Counted from the first letter of the stretch, positions 40,523-50,453 are shown. The stretch: DNA of 64,000 nt from Candidatus Phycocordibacter aenigmaticus (GCA_045401115.1 CP174359.1:652667-716666); one strand, 5' to 3'. A program made the numbers and translations. The notes: a model not told the origin generated them from the letters alone.

Positions 40523-42181
40523 CTATTTAAAATCAAGATGAGCAAAGGGTTCATAATCACCCCGAATGACCTTCTTGCCGGGATTAAAAATGTCCTGTGG
40601 GTCAAAAGTTTCCTCGACACGGTTAAAAAGTTCCGTCATGCGTGGACCAAACATACGCTCAACATACGGGGTACGCACGAATCCATCGTTATGTTCACCG
40701 GAAATCGAACCTTTATAAGACAACACCAGTTCATATACTCGGTCAGACAGTTCCGTAATAAGTTTTTTTGCATCAGGTCGATTTGGATCAAGCAGTGGGA
40801 TGATATGAAAATTACCGTCTCCTACGTGTCCAGCAATAGTATAGATAAGATCATATTCTTTCAGAATGGCATTAAGTTTTGGTAAAAATTCAGGTAATGA
40901 TTGCGGTGGCACCACGAAATCATCAATAAACGGTGCAGTGCGTTTATTGCGCACCTTACTACGCAGCAGGTTAAAGCTCTCGCGGCGCACCGTCCAATAT
41001 TTACGCGCCTCTTTTTCATTCTTTGCAAGGAACGTGTCGACAGCGTCCCCATGTTCCATTTTTACTTCAGCAATAAGTGCTTCAGCTTGTTTTAGTGCTT
41101 CAGCTTGCTCTTGTGCACGAAATTCAACAAGCAGCACCAGCTTAGGAACTCCCCCGGTAAGGAGACGCCATATTTCAGGCAAAAACGATATTCCAAGTTG
41201 AAAAATATTTGATTTCATACTCAACGCAAATTCCGGAAAATACCGTACTGCTAGAGAGAATGTGTTATCGTCATACGATTCAAAACTATTCGGCTTATGC
41301 GCAAGCACGGTGGGAACCAGTGTGCCGAGATCATCAATAGAATCCACAAATAGCACCGCCATAGCTGCGTATGGTTTTGGCTCTACCAAACGAAACTTTA
41401 TTTTAGTGATAATACCCATAGTGCCTTGTGAGCCCACCATTAAACGCGCCAAATTTAAACTCGTGATTCCGTCGCCAATATCCCACAATGCATACCCAGA
41501 TGAGTTTTTCTCAACATGTGGTTTTTTCTCTTTTATAATGTCACTGTTTTCTTTTACTAATGAACCGATCCTGCGATACATTTCTCCTTCGAATGAATCT
41601 TCAGACATTTTTTTCATCAGTGCCTCGCCTGAGAGCGCTTTGAGCGTATACACGTTGCCGTCAGCAAGTACCATCTCAAGTTCTTCTACATAGCGCGCAG
41701 TTTTTCCGTATTTTAAATTACGTTCTCCACCAGAGTCGTTCGCTGCCATACCACCGACAGTACACAACTCCCGGGAAGCGGTATAGCTCGGCAAAATAAA
41801 ACCTTTTTCGCGCGTCCGCACATCAAAATCACGATAAAACACCCCTGGTTCAACTACTGCATACCCGCCGTCAGCGTCTTCCCCCACCTCACACACAGTG
41901 TTGAAATGCGGAAGCATGTCAATCACAATTGAGTCACTCAGTGGCCCACCACTCATATCAGTACCGGCAGACCGCGCGGTAATACTTATCTCTTCGCCTG
42001 CGTCTCGTTTAGTATTTACAAAATCCACCAGCGCCTGTACGTCAGCGGTATCTCGCGGTGCCACCACTACCGTCGGTTTGAGTACAAATAGACTTGCGTC
42101 TCGACTAAACTTCTCTCGTGTTTCTGAGGAATCATCAACATCTCCACGAACAACGGTACGTAATTCATCAGCTAAACTCAT
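40523..42181 (-). CDS. FAD-linked oxidoreductase (D-lactate dehydrogenase/GlcD-like)
   Basis: RSAGTDMSGG, TVGGMAAN, GSQGTMG, GHVGDGNFH, SGEHNDG, FDP..IFNPGK. Confidence 0.88.
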   Translation of the reverse strand: MSLADELRTVVRGDVDDSSETREKFSRDASLFVLKPTVVVAPRDTADVQALVDFVNTKRDAGEEISITARSAGTDMSGGPLSDSIVIDMLPHFNTVCEVGEDADGGYAVVEPGVFYRDFDVRTREKGFILPSYTASRELCTVGGMAANDSGGERNLKYGKTARYVEELEMVLADGNVYTLKALSGEALMKKMSEDSFEGEMYRRIGSLVKENSDIIKEKKPHVEKNSSGYALWDIGDGITSLNLARLMVGSQGTMGIITKIKFRLVEPKPYAAMAVLFVDSIDDLGTLVPTVLAHKPNSFESYDDNTFSLAVRYFPEFALSMKSNIFQLGISFLPEIWRLLTGGVPKLVLLVEFRAQEQAEALKQAEALIAEVKMEHGDAVDTFLAKNEKEARKYWTVRRESFNLLRSKVRNKRTAPFIDDFVVPPQSLPEFLPKLNAILKEYDLIYTIAGHVGDGNFHIIPLLDPNRPDAKKLITELSDRVYELVLSYKGSISGEHNDGFVRTPYVERMFGPRMTELFNRVEETFDPQDIFNPGKKVIRGDYEPFAHLDFK

Positions 42182-42274
42182 GCTTATTATTATAACTCAC
42201 GTGAAATATTTAATAGTTTCTGTACCCCACTACTTGATACAGGATGTCTAAAACCCAGTGGTATACTACACACC

Positions 42275-43000
42275 ATGGCTTTTGTGCACGCAGGAGAAGA
42301 GCACCGTAAACACGAAGATCTCGTAGAAGCTCTCAATGACCCTGAAACATTCAAAAAATACAAAGAATCCTGTGATAATCAGCCGGTTTCTTTTCTCCCT
42401 CATATACTCGGACACTTTCTTATTGCCGCCGGCAACACGCTCTACGGGAAAAAGCCGTCATATCTTAAATTTCGCGCCGTAGAAGTTATTGCGCGCGTAC
42501 CCTACCATTCATGGGTTGCAGTTAGTCACACGTTACTTACTCGATTCTATAAAGATGAGAAACGCGCGTTGGTACTCTGTGCCGATGGAGAATTTGCGCG
42601 CCTCTCCCAAGAGAACGAGACAATGCATGTGGTGGTTATTTCAACACTTACTGAAAATGAAGAGCGTGGCAACGTTATTACTCATACCATTATCCCACTG
42701 ATGTTTGCGCTCTTTTATTACTGGGTCAGTTACCTTATTTATCTCTTTAAACCACGATGGTCACTTGAGTTGAACTACCTTTTTGAGAATCATGCTCTTG
42801 AACAGTATGATGAATTTCTCAAACAAAACGAAGAATCACTCAAGAGTAAACCTATTGAGAGCGAGTTTCTCTCATGGTATGGCCGTGAATTTAGGACGCA
42901 GTACGATTTTTTCCAATCAGTACGTAATGATGAACTCATCCACAGGAACCGTTCAATCCACACCACTTCGTGGCGAGAAAAAACTACATCTCCCCAATAA
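42275..43000 (+). CDS. Alternative oxidase / PTOX-family di-iron protein
   Basis: EVIARVPY, ENETMH, FENHA..QY, RNDELIH: the four di-iron ligand motifs plus a hydrophobic helix. Confidence 0.82.
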   Translation: MAFVHAGEEHRKHEDLVEALNDPETFKKYKESCDNQPVSFLPHILGHFLIAAGNTLYGKKPSYLKFRAVEVIARVPYHSWVAVSHTLLTRFYKDEKRALVLCADGEFARLSQENETMHVVVISTLTENEERGNVITHTIIPLMFALFYYWVSYLIYLFKPRWSLELNYLFENHALEQYDEFLKQNEESLKSKPIESEFLSWYGREFRTQYDFFQSVRNDELIHRNRSIHTTSWREKTTSPQ

Positions 43001-43041
43001 TTACATTGCCTCTTTTGAACGGTGGTACACTAAAACAACAT

Positions 43042-44007
43042 ATGAACAATATAGATTTTTTAGCTATTGGCGACACTGTTACTGACGCATTTATTACCTT
43101 AGAAGATATTCGCATTGATACCGATCCTGACCCTGAGGATCAAGGGCAAGATGAAATTTGTTTCCGTTTTGGCGACAAACTACCGTATGAAGAACTGACC
43201 ATCACCCCAGGTGTGGGTAATGCTGCAAACGCGGCAGTCTCTGCCCATAGACTTGGACTCAACACCGCTCTGGTAACCGATATTGGTGGTGATACGTTTG
43301 GTAAGGAAATTCTTGAATACTTTGCTGGAGAAGGGCTCAACACTGAGTATGTACGGGTCCATGACAATATTCCTACGAATTATCATTTTGTGCTGTCACA
43401 CAATGCAGAACGTACTATTCTCATTAAACATCAAGCCTACCCATACGCACTTTCTCATATTGAACCACCCAAAACACTGTATTTCTCTTCTATCGGAGAA
43501 GGCACTGAGGAATATCATGACGCTATTGCGGATTATGTTGAAGCGCACCCCGATATACTTTTTGCATTCCAACCTGGCACCTTCCAAATGAAACTTGGCA
43601 AAGAGCGCCTCAAGCGTATCTACGCTCGCGCGAACATGGTGTTTGCAAACAAAGAAGAATACCAACGCATTCTTGAATCGAAGAGTGATGATGTTGAAGC
43701 GCTTCTACAAGAAATGAAAGAACTCGGTCCTGATACTCCTATTCTTACCGACGGACGAAACGGCGCCTATGCGCTGACTGAAGAAGGAATTGAACACGTA
43801 TCAATGTTCCCCGACCCAGCGCCTCCGAAAGAGCGCACCGGTGCTGGTGATGCGTTCTCGTCAACCACCGCAGCGTTAGTAACAGAAGGTTTCTCTCTTA
43901 AAGATGCGATGAAACGTGGCACTATCAATAGTGCATATGTCGTACAAAAAACCGGCGCACAGGAAGGACTACTCACTCGTGAAGCAATCGAAGAAAAACT
44001 CAAATAA
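43042..44007 (+). CDS. PfkB-family carbohydrate kinase
   Basis: GNAANAAVSAHRLG, NKEE, TDGRNGA, RTGAGDAF. Confidence 0.9.
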   Translation: MNNIDFLAIGDTVTDAFITLEDIRIDTDPDPEDQGQDEICFRFGDKLPYEELTITPGVGNAANAAVSAHRLGLNTALVTDIGGDTFGKEILEYFAGEGLNTEYVRVHDNIPTNYHFVLSHNAERTILIKHQAYPYALSHIEPPKTLYFSSIGEGTEEYHDAIADYVEAHPDILFAFQPGTFQMKLGKERLKRIYARANMVFANKEEYQRILESKSDDVEALLQEMKELGPDTPILTDGRNGAYALTEEGIEHVSMFPDPAPPKERTGAGDAFSSTTAALVTEGFSLKDAMKRGTINSAYVVQKTGAQEGLLTREAIEEKLK

Positions 44008-44023
44008 GAAGCATAGAAAAAAC

Positions 44024-44062
44024 AAAAAATAAACGGCTCAATGACTGAGCCGTTTATTTTTT
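44024..44062. terminator. Bidirectional terminator, TAAACGGCTCA family copy 2
   Basis: AAAAAATAAACGGCTCA-ATGAC-TGAGCCGTTTATTTTTT. Confidence 0.85.
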
Positions 44063-44072
44063 ACCGCATTTT

Positions 44073-44096
44073 TGGTCAACACCCGGGTGTTGACCA
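44073..44096. repeat. 24 bp perfect palindrome, REP-like, copy 1
   Basis: TGGTCAACACCCGGGTGTTGACCA. Confidence 0.85.
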
Positions 44097-44123
44097 GGGA
44101 GGTGGTGGGAGTTTTTAGGTGCC

Positions 44124-44924
44124 CTACTCTCGGATGCGCCAGCCAGTGCGGAAGAGATGTACTACAAGGAGTGAGAGCACGACGATAAGCCCAAGTATCA
44201 TTGACGCGCCAATAAGTAGGTTCAACTCGTGAATGCCAATGGTGGCGAAGCGCATCATGTCGATGAAGTAGAAAAATGGGTTCGCACGGGTAATGTTTTG
44301 CACCAACTCTGGCAGGAATGTTATAGAGTAAAACATGCCACCGAGCATGGTGAGTGGCGAGATAATGAACGTATTGAGAATGCCAAGTTGTTCAAAACCG
44401 TTTGCCCAGAGCCCCACTAAGATACCGAGTAAGGCAAAAATAATAGAGATAGCGATAACCGTCAAAAGGAATACAAACGGATGCACAATAGATACCGCAC
44501 CAAAGAACAATCCAATAATTAAGATACCGCTGCCGACGAATAGCGCACGCAGTACGGCGCTTGCGACAAAACCAATGAGCATTTCGATGTACGAGAACGG
44601 CGCCACTAACACTTCGTGAATACTCTTGACCCACCGACCGAAGTACACCGAACTTGCGGTGTGTTCAAAAGAACTGGTGAGAATGTTCATAGTAAGAATA
44701 CCTGGAAACACAAATGCCATATATGACACACCGCTAATCAAGTCTATTCTCTTACCCAACACAAACCCGAAGATAAAAATAAAGAGAGTCGCGGAAATAA
44801 GTGGTGCCGCGAACGTTTGCACCTTCACCCGTAAAATACGGTTCATCTCCTTTCGAATCAGTGTTCTAAGGCCTATCCAGTTGATTCCGTAGCGAAATGT
44901 TAGTTTGTTACTTTCTTTGTTCAT
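44124..44924 (-). CDS. ABC-2 permease (YadH-like)
   Basis: Six TMs; YMAFVFPG, LGGMFYS, NPFFYFID..R. Confidence 0.88.
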   Translation of the reverse strand: MNKESNKLTFRYGINWIGLRTLIRKEMNRILRVKVQTFAAPLISATLFIFIFGFVLGKRIDLISGVSYMAFVFPGILTMNILTSSFEHTASSVYFGRWVKSIHEVLVAPFSYIEMLIGFVASAVLRALFVGSGILIIGLFFGAVSIVHPFVFLLTVIAISIIFALLGILVGLWANGFEQLGILNTFIISPLTMLGGMFYSITFLPELVQNITRANPFFYFIDMMRFATIGIHELNLLIGASMILGLIVVLSLLVVHLFRTGWRIRE

Positions 44925-44934
44925 ACGGGATTAA

Positions 44935-45669
44935 TTAGCGTCCTTCTCCTTTAGTTAATTTCAGATACATCGTCTCAAGTCGATCACCGTCTTTCATAAA
45001 CTCAGCGCGATCCGCCTCAGCAACAATGGTCCCATTATTAATAATGCCAATACGTGAACACAGACGCTCAACTTCTTCAAGATAGTGACTCGTTAAGATA
45101 ATGGTCTTCCCTGCCTCATTAATGCGCTGTAGATGGTCCCATAACTCATGACGAAACTCTACATCCACGCCAGCCGTCGGCTCATCAAGGATAAGGAGGT
45201 CAGGGTCATGCACCATGGCACGCGCCAACATAACGCGGCGTTTTAGCCCTCCTGAGAGGTGTTGAAACTGTTTTGTAGCATGCGACTCAAGATTAAATTG
45301 CTTCAATAATTCAGTGATACGTTCTTTACGTTGTTCTTTTGGCATACCAAAAAAACCAGCATTATAGTCAAGAATCTGCCACACTCGTGCAAAGATATCG
45401 ACGTTAAAATCTTGCGGAGAAAGCCCTACCTTTTTACGTGCCTGGCGGTAGTCATTCACCACATCAATACCGAACACTTCAAGTGTGCCGCCTGTGGGCA
45501 TCGCAATACCGGTTAAGCAGTGGATGGTTGTTGACTTCCCTGCTCCGTTAGGTCCTAAGAGCCCAAAGAACTCACCCTGAGGAATGGAGAGTGATACGTC
45601 ATTAAGCGCTACCGTACCGGTCGCGTACGTTTTTTGTAGATTATGTATAGCAACCGCAGCCTGTGTCAT
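44935..45669 (-). CDS. ABC ATP-binding protein (YadG-like)
   Basis: GPNGAGKST, LSGGLKRR, LDEPTAGVD, TSHYLEE. Confidence 0.92.
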   Translation of the reverse strand: MTQAAVAIHNLQKTYATGTVALNDVSLSIPQGEFFGLLGPNGAGKSTTIHCLTGIAMPTGGTLEVFGIDVVNDYRQARKKVGLSPQDFNVDIFARVWQILDYNAGFFGMPKEQRKERITELLKQFNLESHATKQFQHLSGGLKRRVMLARAMVHDPDLLILDEPTAGVDVEFRHELWDHLQRINEAGKTIILTSHYLEEVERLCSRIGIINNGTIVAEADRAEFMKDGDRLETMYLKLTKGEGR

Positions 45670-45726
45670 AGTCGCATTATTCTAACACAGCCCGATACGC
45701 TGTTTTAAAAAAGTAGGAAATGAAAA

Positions 45727-46716
45727 TTACTTACGTGACTGAGCGCGTTCTACAGCTGCAACAATCGCTGTAGCATCAAGCCCGTACTGAGTAATAAGTT
45801 CTTCCGGGTCGCCTGACTGACCAAATATATCCTGCACCCCGACACGCTCAATTGGAACCGGATGCGTACTGCTTAAAAATTCAGCAACCACACTACCAAA
45901 TCCGCCTGCTGCTTGGTGCTCTTCAACTGTCACCACAGCACCTGCTGTTTGCGCTGCTTCAAGTACACTCTTCTCGTCGAGCGGTTTTATTGTGTGACTG
46001 TTTAGAACTGACACCGCGATTCCTTTTTCTTCAAGCATACGCGCCGCTTTTAACGCTTCATGAAGCAGAGGTCCGCAACCAATAATCGCAACATCTGGTT
46101 TGGAACTTTCCCACATCATATACGAAGTTCCAATAGAAAATGGGGTGTCGTTAGTGGTCATGAGTGGTGTTTTCTCGCGGGCAAAGCGCAGGTAGGTTGG
46201 TTTACCATTCTGCGCGGCGGCAATAACTGCCTTCCGTGCTTCCTCGGCATCTGCCGGATACAGCACCACCATATTGGGCAACATACGCATTAGTCCAATG
46301 TCTTCTAACATTTGGTGTGTCGCACCGTCAGGCCCCACCGACACTCCCGCGTGCATCCCGCAGATTTTTACCGGTTGCTCATTGAGCGCAACAGTGGTGC
46401 GGATTTGCTCATAGTTCCTCCCGGGATTAAAAGCTGCATATGATGCCACAAACGGAATTTTTCCGGCGGCAGCAAAGCCACTGCCGACACTTACTAAATT
46501 TTGTTCAGCTACACCAAGTTCAACATATCTATCAGGAAACTCTTTTTGAAACCAACTCGCTCGGGTTGAATCAGCAAGATCAGCACAGAGCACCACCACG
46601 TTCTTATCTTCCTTACCAGCTTCGACTACCCCCTCACCAAAACCATTACGAGTCGGTGCACGATCTGTATCTTCTTCAAAAAGTTTTTTATTCAAATGTA
46701 TATTTGGATTTATCAT
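45727..46716 (-). CDS. Transketolase, C-terminal subunit
   Basis: GVAEQN, GPDGATHQ, TVEEH. Confidence 0.92.
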   Translation of the reverse strand: MINPNIHLNKKLFEEDTDRAPTRNGFGEGVVEAGKEDKNVVVLCADLADSTRASWFQKEFPDRYVELGVAEQNLVSVGSGFAAAGKIPFVASYAAFNPGRNYEQIRTTVALNEQPVKICGMHAGVSVGPDGATHQMLEDIGLMRMLPNMVVLYPADAEEARKAVIAAAQNGKPTYLRFAREKTPLMTTNDTPFSIGTSYMMWESSKPDVAIIGCGPLLHEALKAARMLEEKGIAVSVLNSHTIKPLDEKSVLEAAQTAGAVVTVEEHQAAGGFGSVVAEFLSSTHPVPIERVGVQDIFGQSGDPEELITQYGLDATAIVAAVERAQSRK

Positions 46717-46717
46717 A

Positions 46718-47584
46718 TTATTCACTATCGCCACATTCTATTTTTCCATCAAGAGAACGGATAATTTTTAAGAATTTTTGTGCTTCTTCTTTGTTTGGCG
46801 GCTTGCCGTGCCACGTGTAGTCGAATTCTATTTCCGGCACTCCTTTACCAGGAATGGTGTGCGCCAAAAGCAGTGTTGGTTTTTCATAAATAGCGTGCGC
46901 TTCGTTAGACGCGTCAACTATTTCTTCCATATTGTGACCGTCAATTTCGATAACATGCCACCCGAATGCTTCATATTTATCTCGAATCGGTTCAAGCGGC
47001 ATTACCTCCTCCGTCATGCCGTTAATCTGGATGTTGTTACGGTCCATTATTGCAGTAATATTTGAAAGACGATTGTTACCCGCAAACATTGCTGCTTCCC
47101 AAATATTTCCTGCTTGTTGTTCACCATCACTCATAGCACAGTATATGCGATGTTTCTTACCATCCATACGTGCTGCATATGCCATACCGGCGGCTTGTGA
47201 AAGACCACTTCCCAATGGACCAGAAGTGGTTTCCATACCAGGCAAGCGCGTACGCTCTGGGTGCCCCTGTAGACGTGTACCGAATTTACGGAGCGTTAAA
47301 CACTCTTCAATGGGAAAATAGCCGGCATGTGCCATAGCCGCGTAACGCACCGGCACAATATGTCCGTTTGAAAGCACTAAACGGTCACGTTCCTCCCATT
47401 CAGGATCCTCCGGTTTATGGTTCATTATATGAAAATAGAGCGCGGTAAAAATATCAGCCATACCAAGAGGACCTGCGGTATGACCACTCCCCGCTTCAGT
47501 CAGCATTTCAATAATAGTTTCGCGCACAGCACGCGCTTTTTCTTGTAGATGCGTGACTTCTTTGTCAGTAATCGTTTTAGACAT
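46718..47584 (-). CDS. Transketolase, N-terminal subunit
   Basis: SGHTAG, RDRLVLSNGH, LQGHP, SDGE..N, WHG. Confidence 0.93.
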   Translation of the reverse strand: MSKTITDKEVTHLQEKARAVRETIIEMLTEAGSGHTAGPLGMADIFTALYFHIMNHKPEDPEWEERDRLVLSNGHIVPVRYAAMAHAGYFPIEECLTLRKFGTRLQGHPERTRLPGMETTSGPLGSGLSQAAGMAYAARMDGKKHRIYCAMSDGEQQAGNIWEAAMFAGNNRLSNITAIMDRNNIQINGMTEEVMPLEPIRDKYEAFGWHVIEIDGHNMEEIVDASNEAHAIYEKPTLLLAHTIPGKGVPEIEFDYTWHGKPPNKEEAQKFLKIIRSLDGKIECGDSE

Positions 47585-48254
47585 GAGTAAGTTGTGTTAT
47601 TGCGGCAGCAGGATCATTTGAGGAAAAAATAAACGAACCGGATGCAAGACGATTTGCGCCAGCTGTTATAAGACTTGGTGCAACTTCTGCATTTACACCA
47701 CCGTCTATTTGAATAATAGCATTAGGATACGCTTCTCGAATTGAACGCACCGTGGAAATAGTTTTTTCTGAAAATGGCTCACCTTGTTTGCCAATATGTT
47801 CAATACCCATAACCTGCACATAATCAACATGATGCATATATAGAGCAAGCTGTGCCATATCTGTGTCTGGCATCACTGCTACGCCAAGCTCAATGTCGTT
47901 GTCAAATGCAATACGCTTAAGCGCATTCAAATCGTGGGTCGCGTTTATGTGAAAAATTGCCCGAGTAATACCGAGCCTACTCCACTGTTCAAGTAATACT
48001 TCCGGTTGATGCACCATTAAATCAACTTCGAAATTAAACACCTCTTGGAACGGAAGTCCTTCGTGTCCCTCGACGATACGTGTAAATTCTTCTGTGTCAC
48101 CCGCATGCATTGGCCACGTACGCATTGGCACGAACACACCGTCACATACATCAAGTTGTACGTATGGCGCTATGCCTTGTACACGCGCAAGATGCCCCTC
48201 TATTTCCTTAAGAGTAGGCACTAAAATAGCAGGCAGCACCTCAACATTCTTCAT
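47577..48254 (-). CDS. rpe: Ribulose-phosphate 3-epimerase
   Basis: QLDVCDGVFVP, QVMG..G.QG, IQIDGGVN, GS. Confidence 0.88.
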   Translation of the reverse strand: MKNVEVLPAILVPTLKEIEGHLARVQGIAPYVQLDVCDGVFVPMRTWPMHAGDTEEFTRIVEGHEGLPFQEVFNFEVDLMVHQPEVLLEQWSRLGITRAIFHINATHDLNALKRIAFDNDIELGVAVMPDTDMAQLALYMHHVDYVQVMGIEHIGKQGEPFSEKTISTVRSIREAYPNAIIQIDGGVNAEVAPSLITAGANRLASGSFIFSSNDPAAAITQLTHV

Positions 48255-48693
48255 GTTCAATACGAGTTATTTTATCCAGTCGTCGTTGATGCCTCTCTGC
48301 GGGATCACGTTCAGTGGCAAGAAATACATCAGCATACTCACGCACCTCGCTCTCATTAAGAACATCGGCAGCGAGTGTAATTACGTTTATATCGTCGTGT
48401 GCGCGAGCGTGATGAACTGATTCTTTTGAATAACCTACGGTAGCGCGCACGCCGCGCACCTTATTAGCAACCACATCCATACCCATACCAGAGCCACATA
48501 ATAAGATACCGCGTGCCTCACTATCGCGAGCGACTGCCTGCGCTACGGGGTACGCAAAATCAGGATAATCATCAGTTGAATCTTCTTCAAACGCGCCCAT
48601 ATCTTCAACGGTATATCCCGATTCAATAAGATATTGCTTGAGCACCTCTTTGTCTTGGTACCCTCTGTGATCTGCGCCAATGTATACCTTCAT
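48241..48693 (-). CDS. rpiB: Ribose-5-phosphate isomerase B
   Basis: GADHRG, DYPDFA, CGSGMG, ANKVRGVRA, RHQRR. Confidence 0.93.
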   Translation of the reverse strand: MKVYIGADHRGYQDKEVLKQYLIESGYTVEDMGAFEEDSTDDYPDFAYPVAQAVARDSEARGILLCGSGMGMDVVANKVRGVRATVGYSKESVHHARAHDDINVITLAADVLNESEVREYADVFLATERDPAERHQRRLDKITRIEHEEC

Positions 48694-48696
48694 AGA

Positions 48697-49725
48697 TTAA
48701 ATATGGGAGCCGGTCTTAGTGACGTGCGTGACCAGTGTGTTGGCGTAGCCCATTTCATTGTCGTACCACGAGAACACCTTTACTAAATTACCACCTACCA
48801 CACGAGTAAAATCAAGATCTGCAATTGAGGCATGCGTATCACCAATAATGTCGCTGGAGACGATTGGGTCTTCGTTCACTCGGAAAATACCGTGCCAGCG
48901 CTTCTCTTGAGCGGCTGCGCGCAAGATATCATTCACTTCTTCTGTTGAGGTATCGCGTTTTGATACAAAAGTAATATCAACAAGCGAACCAACTGGTACC
49001 GGCACGCGCATAGCCACACCATCAAATTTATCCGAGAGTTGCGTCAGTGCTTGTGTGGTTGCCAACGCAGCGCCAGTAGTAGAGGGGACAATATTCGCTG
49101 CTGCTGCACGACCACGTCGTGGGTCTTTTTTTGATGGCCCATCAATCAGTGCTTGTGAGGCAGTGTATCCGTGTACGGTATTAAGTAATGCTTTTTCCAC
49201 ACCGAGTGTTTCGTCAAGAATAGCCATAAGCGGCGTACCAGCGTTTGTCGTACATGATGCGTTTGATGAAATGTCACACGTCTTGAGTGTATCGTCATTC
49301 ACTCCCATTAATACTGTAGCGCCAGAAACCCCTGCCTGTTTCGGATCATCTTTAACTGGAGCACTGACCACGACGCGTTTTGCGCCGGCAGTGAGATGCG
49401 CTTTTGATTTTTCATAACTAGCGAAGACACCTGTTGCTTCAACCACCACATCTACATCGTGTTTTTCCCATGGCAACTGTGCTGGATCACGCTCTGCATA
49501 GAGTGGAATTGTATCCGAACCAACAGTAAGCTCATTCTCCCCAGCAACAACACGTTCCGGAAATCGACCATAAACTGTGTCATAGCTCAGTAGATAGGCC
49601 AGGTTCTCAGGATCAGCGAGGTCATTGATGGCGACAATAGTAATATTGGGATTGGCGTGTGCGAGTCGATAGAATGCACGCCCAATTCTACCGAATCCAT
49701 TAATAGCTACGTTTAATTTTTTCAT
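48697..49725 (-). CDS. gap: Glyceraldehyde-3-phosphate dehydrogenase, type I
   Basis: INGFGRIGR, SNASCTTN, WYDNEMGY. Confidence 0.96.
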   Translation of the reverse strand: MKKLNVAINGFGRIGRAFYRLAHANPNITIVAINDLADPENLAYLLSYDTVYGRFPERVVAGENELTVGSDTIPLYAERDPAQLPWEKHDVDVVVEATGVFASYEKSKAHLTAGAKRVVVSAPVKDDPKQAGVSGATVLMGVNDDTLKTCDISSNASCTTNAGTPLMAILDETLGVEKALLNTVHGYTASQALIDGPSKKDPRRGRAAAANIVPSTTGAALATTQALTQLSDKFDGVAMRVPVPVGSLVDITFVSKRDTSTEEVNDILRAAAQEKRWHGIFRVNEDPIVSSDIIGDTHASIADLDFTRVVGGNLVKVFSWYDNEMGYANTLVTHVTKTGSHI

Positions 49726-49821
49726 ATCCACATTGTAGCGCATCATTTATACCCCCTCTCCACATCTCGTTATCGCCACTAATAGTGAGTTATGGGTTAA
49801 GAATGCTGAAAATGCTCTATA

Positions 49822-49859
49822 CACCCCTTGGTCAACACCCGGGTGTTGACCAAGGGGTG
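49822..49859. repeat. 38 bp perfect palindrome, REP-like, copy 2
   Basis: CACCCCTTGGTCAACACCC/GGGTGTTGACCAAGGGGTG. Confidence 0.85.
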
Positions 49860-49866
49860 GTAACCC

Positions 49867-49910
49867 ATAAAACATAAACGGCTCAATGTATTGAGCCGTT
49901 TATGTTTTAT
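49867..49910. terminator. Terminator, TAAACGGCTCA family copy 3; closes the Cys/His array operon
   Basis: ATAAAACATAAACGGCTCAAT-GT-ATTGAGCCGTTTATGTTTTAT. Confidence 0.85.
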
Positions 49911-49931
49911 CTTCCACCTACCACGTATTAT

Positions 49932-50453
49932 TTAAGATCGCCTTCCGTAGACCAGCGATGTCACGACGAACCCAATAACAAGCCCGACAGCAATACCAAT
50001 AAGGTTTGAAGAGCTGAAGAAACCACCGCCACTGTTCGTATTTGCAACTGCACCACCAACGACAGTGAGTGTGAATTCAGTACTTGCTATTGCTTCATCT
50101 TCATTTTGATAACGGGCACTCACTGTGTATTCTCCAGCATACGGAAACACATAACTCAAACGTGACCCACCGAATTCGGCGTTATGCACACCAGTTGCTA
50201 ATGTCGTGCCGCGTTCTCCTTCAATACGCACCCACACATCGGAAAAATCATGAAAACGTTCTTGATTACGTAAAATCTCAAAATCAAAGATAACTGCTTC
50301 ACCGACCTCCGGTGCCGGAGAACTGTATCCAATATCAAGCGCATATCCATTCACCTCATCTTCGTGGGATGTCCCCCATGAATGAGCACCTACCACACCA
50401 GGAGCGAGTAAAAATAGAAACGTGACGAGGAAAGTAGCTACAAATTTCATCAT
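49932..50453 (-). CDS. Secreted Ig-like (YtkA-like) protein with C-terminal membrane anchor
   Basis: Signal peptide ..VVGA/H, FPYAGEYTVSARY, C-terminal TM plus RRS. Confidence 0.7.
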   Translation of the reverse strand: MMKFVATFLVTFLFLLAPGVVGAHSWGTSHEDEVNGYALDIGYSSPAPEVGEAVIFDFEILRNQERFHDFSDVWVRIEGERGTTLATGVHNAEFGGSRLSYVFPYAGEYTVSARYQNEDEAIASTEFTLTVVGGAVANTNSGGGFFSSSNLIGIAVGLVIGFVVTSLVYGRRS

